DNA from: Chiloscyllium plagiosum
Lineage: Eukaryota
Assembly (NCBI RefSeq): GCF_004010195.1
Contig: NC_057750.1
Span: 10,810,524 to 10,830,523 of the forward strand
Reading direction: 5' to 3'
DNA: 20,000 nt
The notes beneath the pieces were generated by a model. That model saw nothing but the letters and a program-made list of their open reading frames with translations, did no database searches and was not told where the DNA came from. A program made the translations under genes and the position numbers. Positions 19,322-20,000 of the stretch are shown in pieces. How positions within the stretch are numbered: the first letter of the stretch is position 1; each line of letters starts with the position of its first letter.

Positions 19322-19510
19322 AAATGAATCCTGGTGTCTCTTCCAAGATGGAATTTTACCATTGGGGACTTGTGAAAGTGGGAGTTTTGTCCATAGGACA
19401 ACTTTGCAGAAGTGATGTCACTACTAGGACTTTACTTAAAGAAAGAATGTGACTCTAACACACATTTTTAACATCACATTTCAATGTAGGACCTGTCTGC
19501 TATTCACACT

Positions 19511-19672
19511 AGGATCAAAGATTGGGGTGGGAGAAACCGATTCAAATTCTTGGAGTACTGGCACCAGAACTGGGGAAGCTGTTTTGGATGGGACAGGCTC
19601 CATCTGAATAACATTGGGACCGGAGTCCTAGCAAATTACACAACTAGGGCTGTGGACAGGGCTTTAAACTAA
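19511..19672 (+). pseudogene. CR1 ORF1 C-terminal remnant (SGNH/GDSL esterase-like)
   Basis: Translates RIKDWGGRNRFKFLEYWHQNWGSCFGWDRLHLNNIGTGVLANYTTRAVDRALN*. DxLHLN..G..VLA matches SGNH block V (DxxH) of CR1 ORF1. Not in the supplied ORF track. Confidence 0.8.
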
Positions 19673-19756
19673 ATAGCTGATGGATGGATTCAGTTACATG
19701 GAAAATTATAGAAGAAGTTCAAGTGGAGTAAGGCTCAGCAGACATCATTAAAGTTT

Positions 19757-20000
19757 GGGAGGATTTAAACTAGTAAGGTGGGGGGGGTGGGACCCAGGGA
19801 GATAGTGAGGAAAGAGATTGATCTGAGACGGGTACAGCTGAGAACAGACGTGAGTCAAACAGTCAGGGCAGGCAGGGACAAGATAGGACTGATAAATTAA
19901 ACTGCATTTATTTCAATGCAAGGGGCCTAACAGGGAAGGCAGATGAACTCAGGGCATGGTTAGGAACATGGGACTGGGATATCATAGCAATTACGGAAAC
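19757..20000 (+). mobile_element. Younger CR1 LINE: ORF1 stop, linker and start of the ORF2 APE endonuclease; runs off the window
   Basis: gaggatttaaactag (EDLN*). Frame open from 19822: ...DKLNCIYFNARGLTGKADELRAWLGTWDWDIIAITET, containing APE motifs NARxL and DIIAITET. Confidence 0.9.

Overview
Vertebrate non-coding DNA, very probably from a shark. The repeat families are those I recognise from cartilaginous fish: HE1-type V-SINEs, a Deu-domain SINE, CR1 and L2-group LINEs, and Penelope-like pseudo-LTRs. Roughly half the window is layered retroelement debris. I recognise no host protein-coding gene. The ORFs that read as real protein are LINE ORF1/ORF2 remnants. The most notable signal is three unrelated families of short (about 200-310 bp) fold-back Penelope-like insertions flanked by target-site duplications (TSDs), each carrying minimal hammerhead-ribozyme motifs (CUGANGA-N-stem II-GAAA-palindrome-NUH). 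One unit (2250-2558) is very young and has an intact core on both strands. Other points: a nested stack of four insertions splits a 51-bp minisatellite in register, there is an HE1-head/Deu-core SINE chimera, a 31-bp minisatellite, a duplicated CT-rich block, and a few weak exon and enhancer candidates. Family names are from memory of consensus sequences, not database searches. Boundaries of degraded repeats are approximate.
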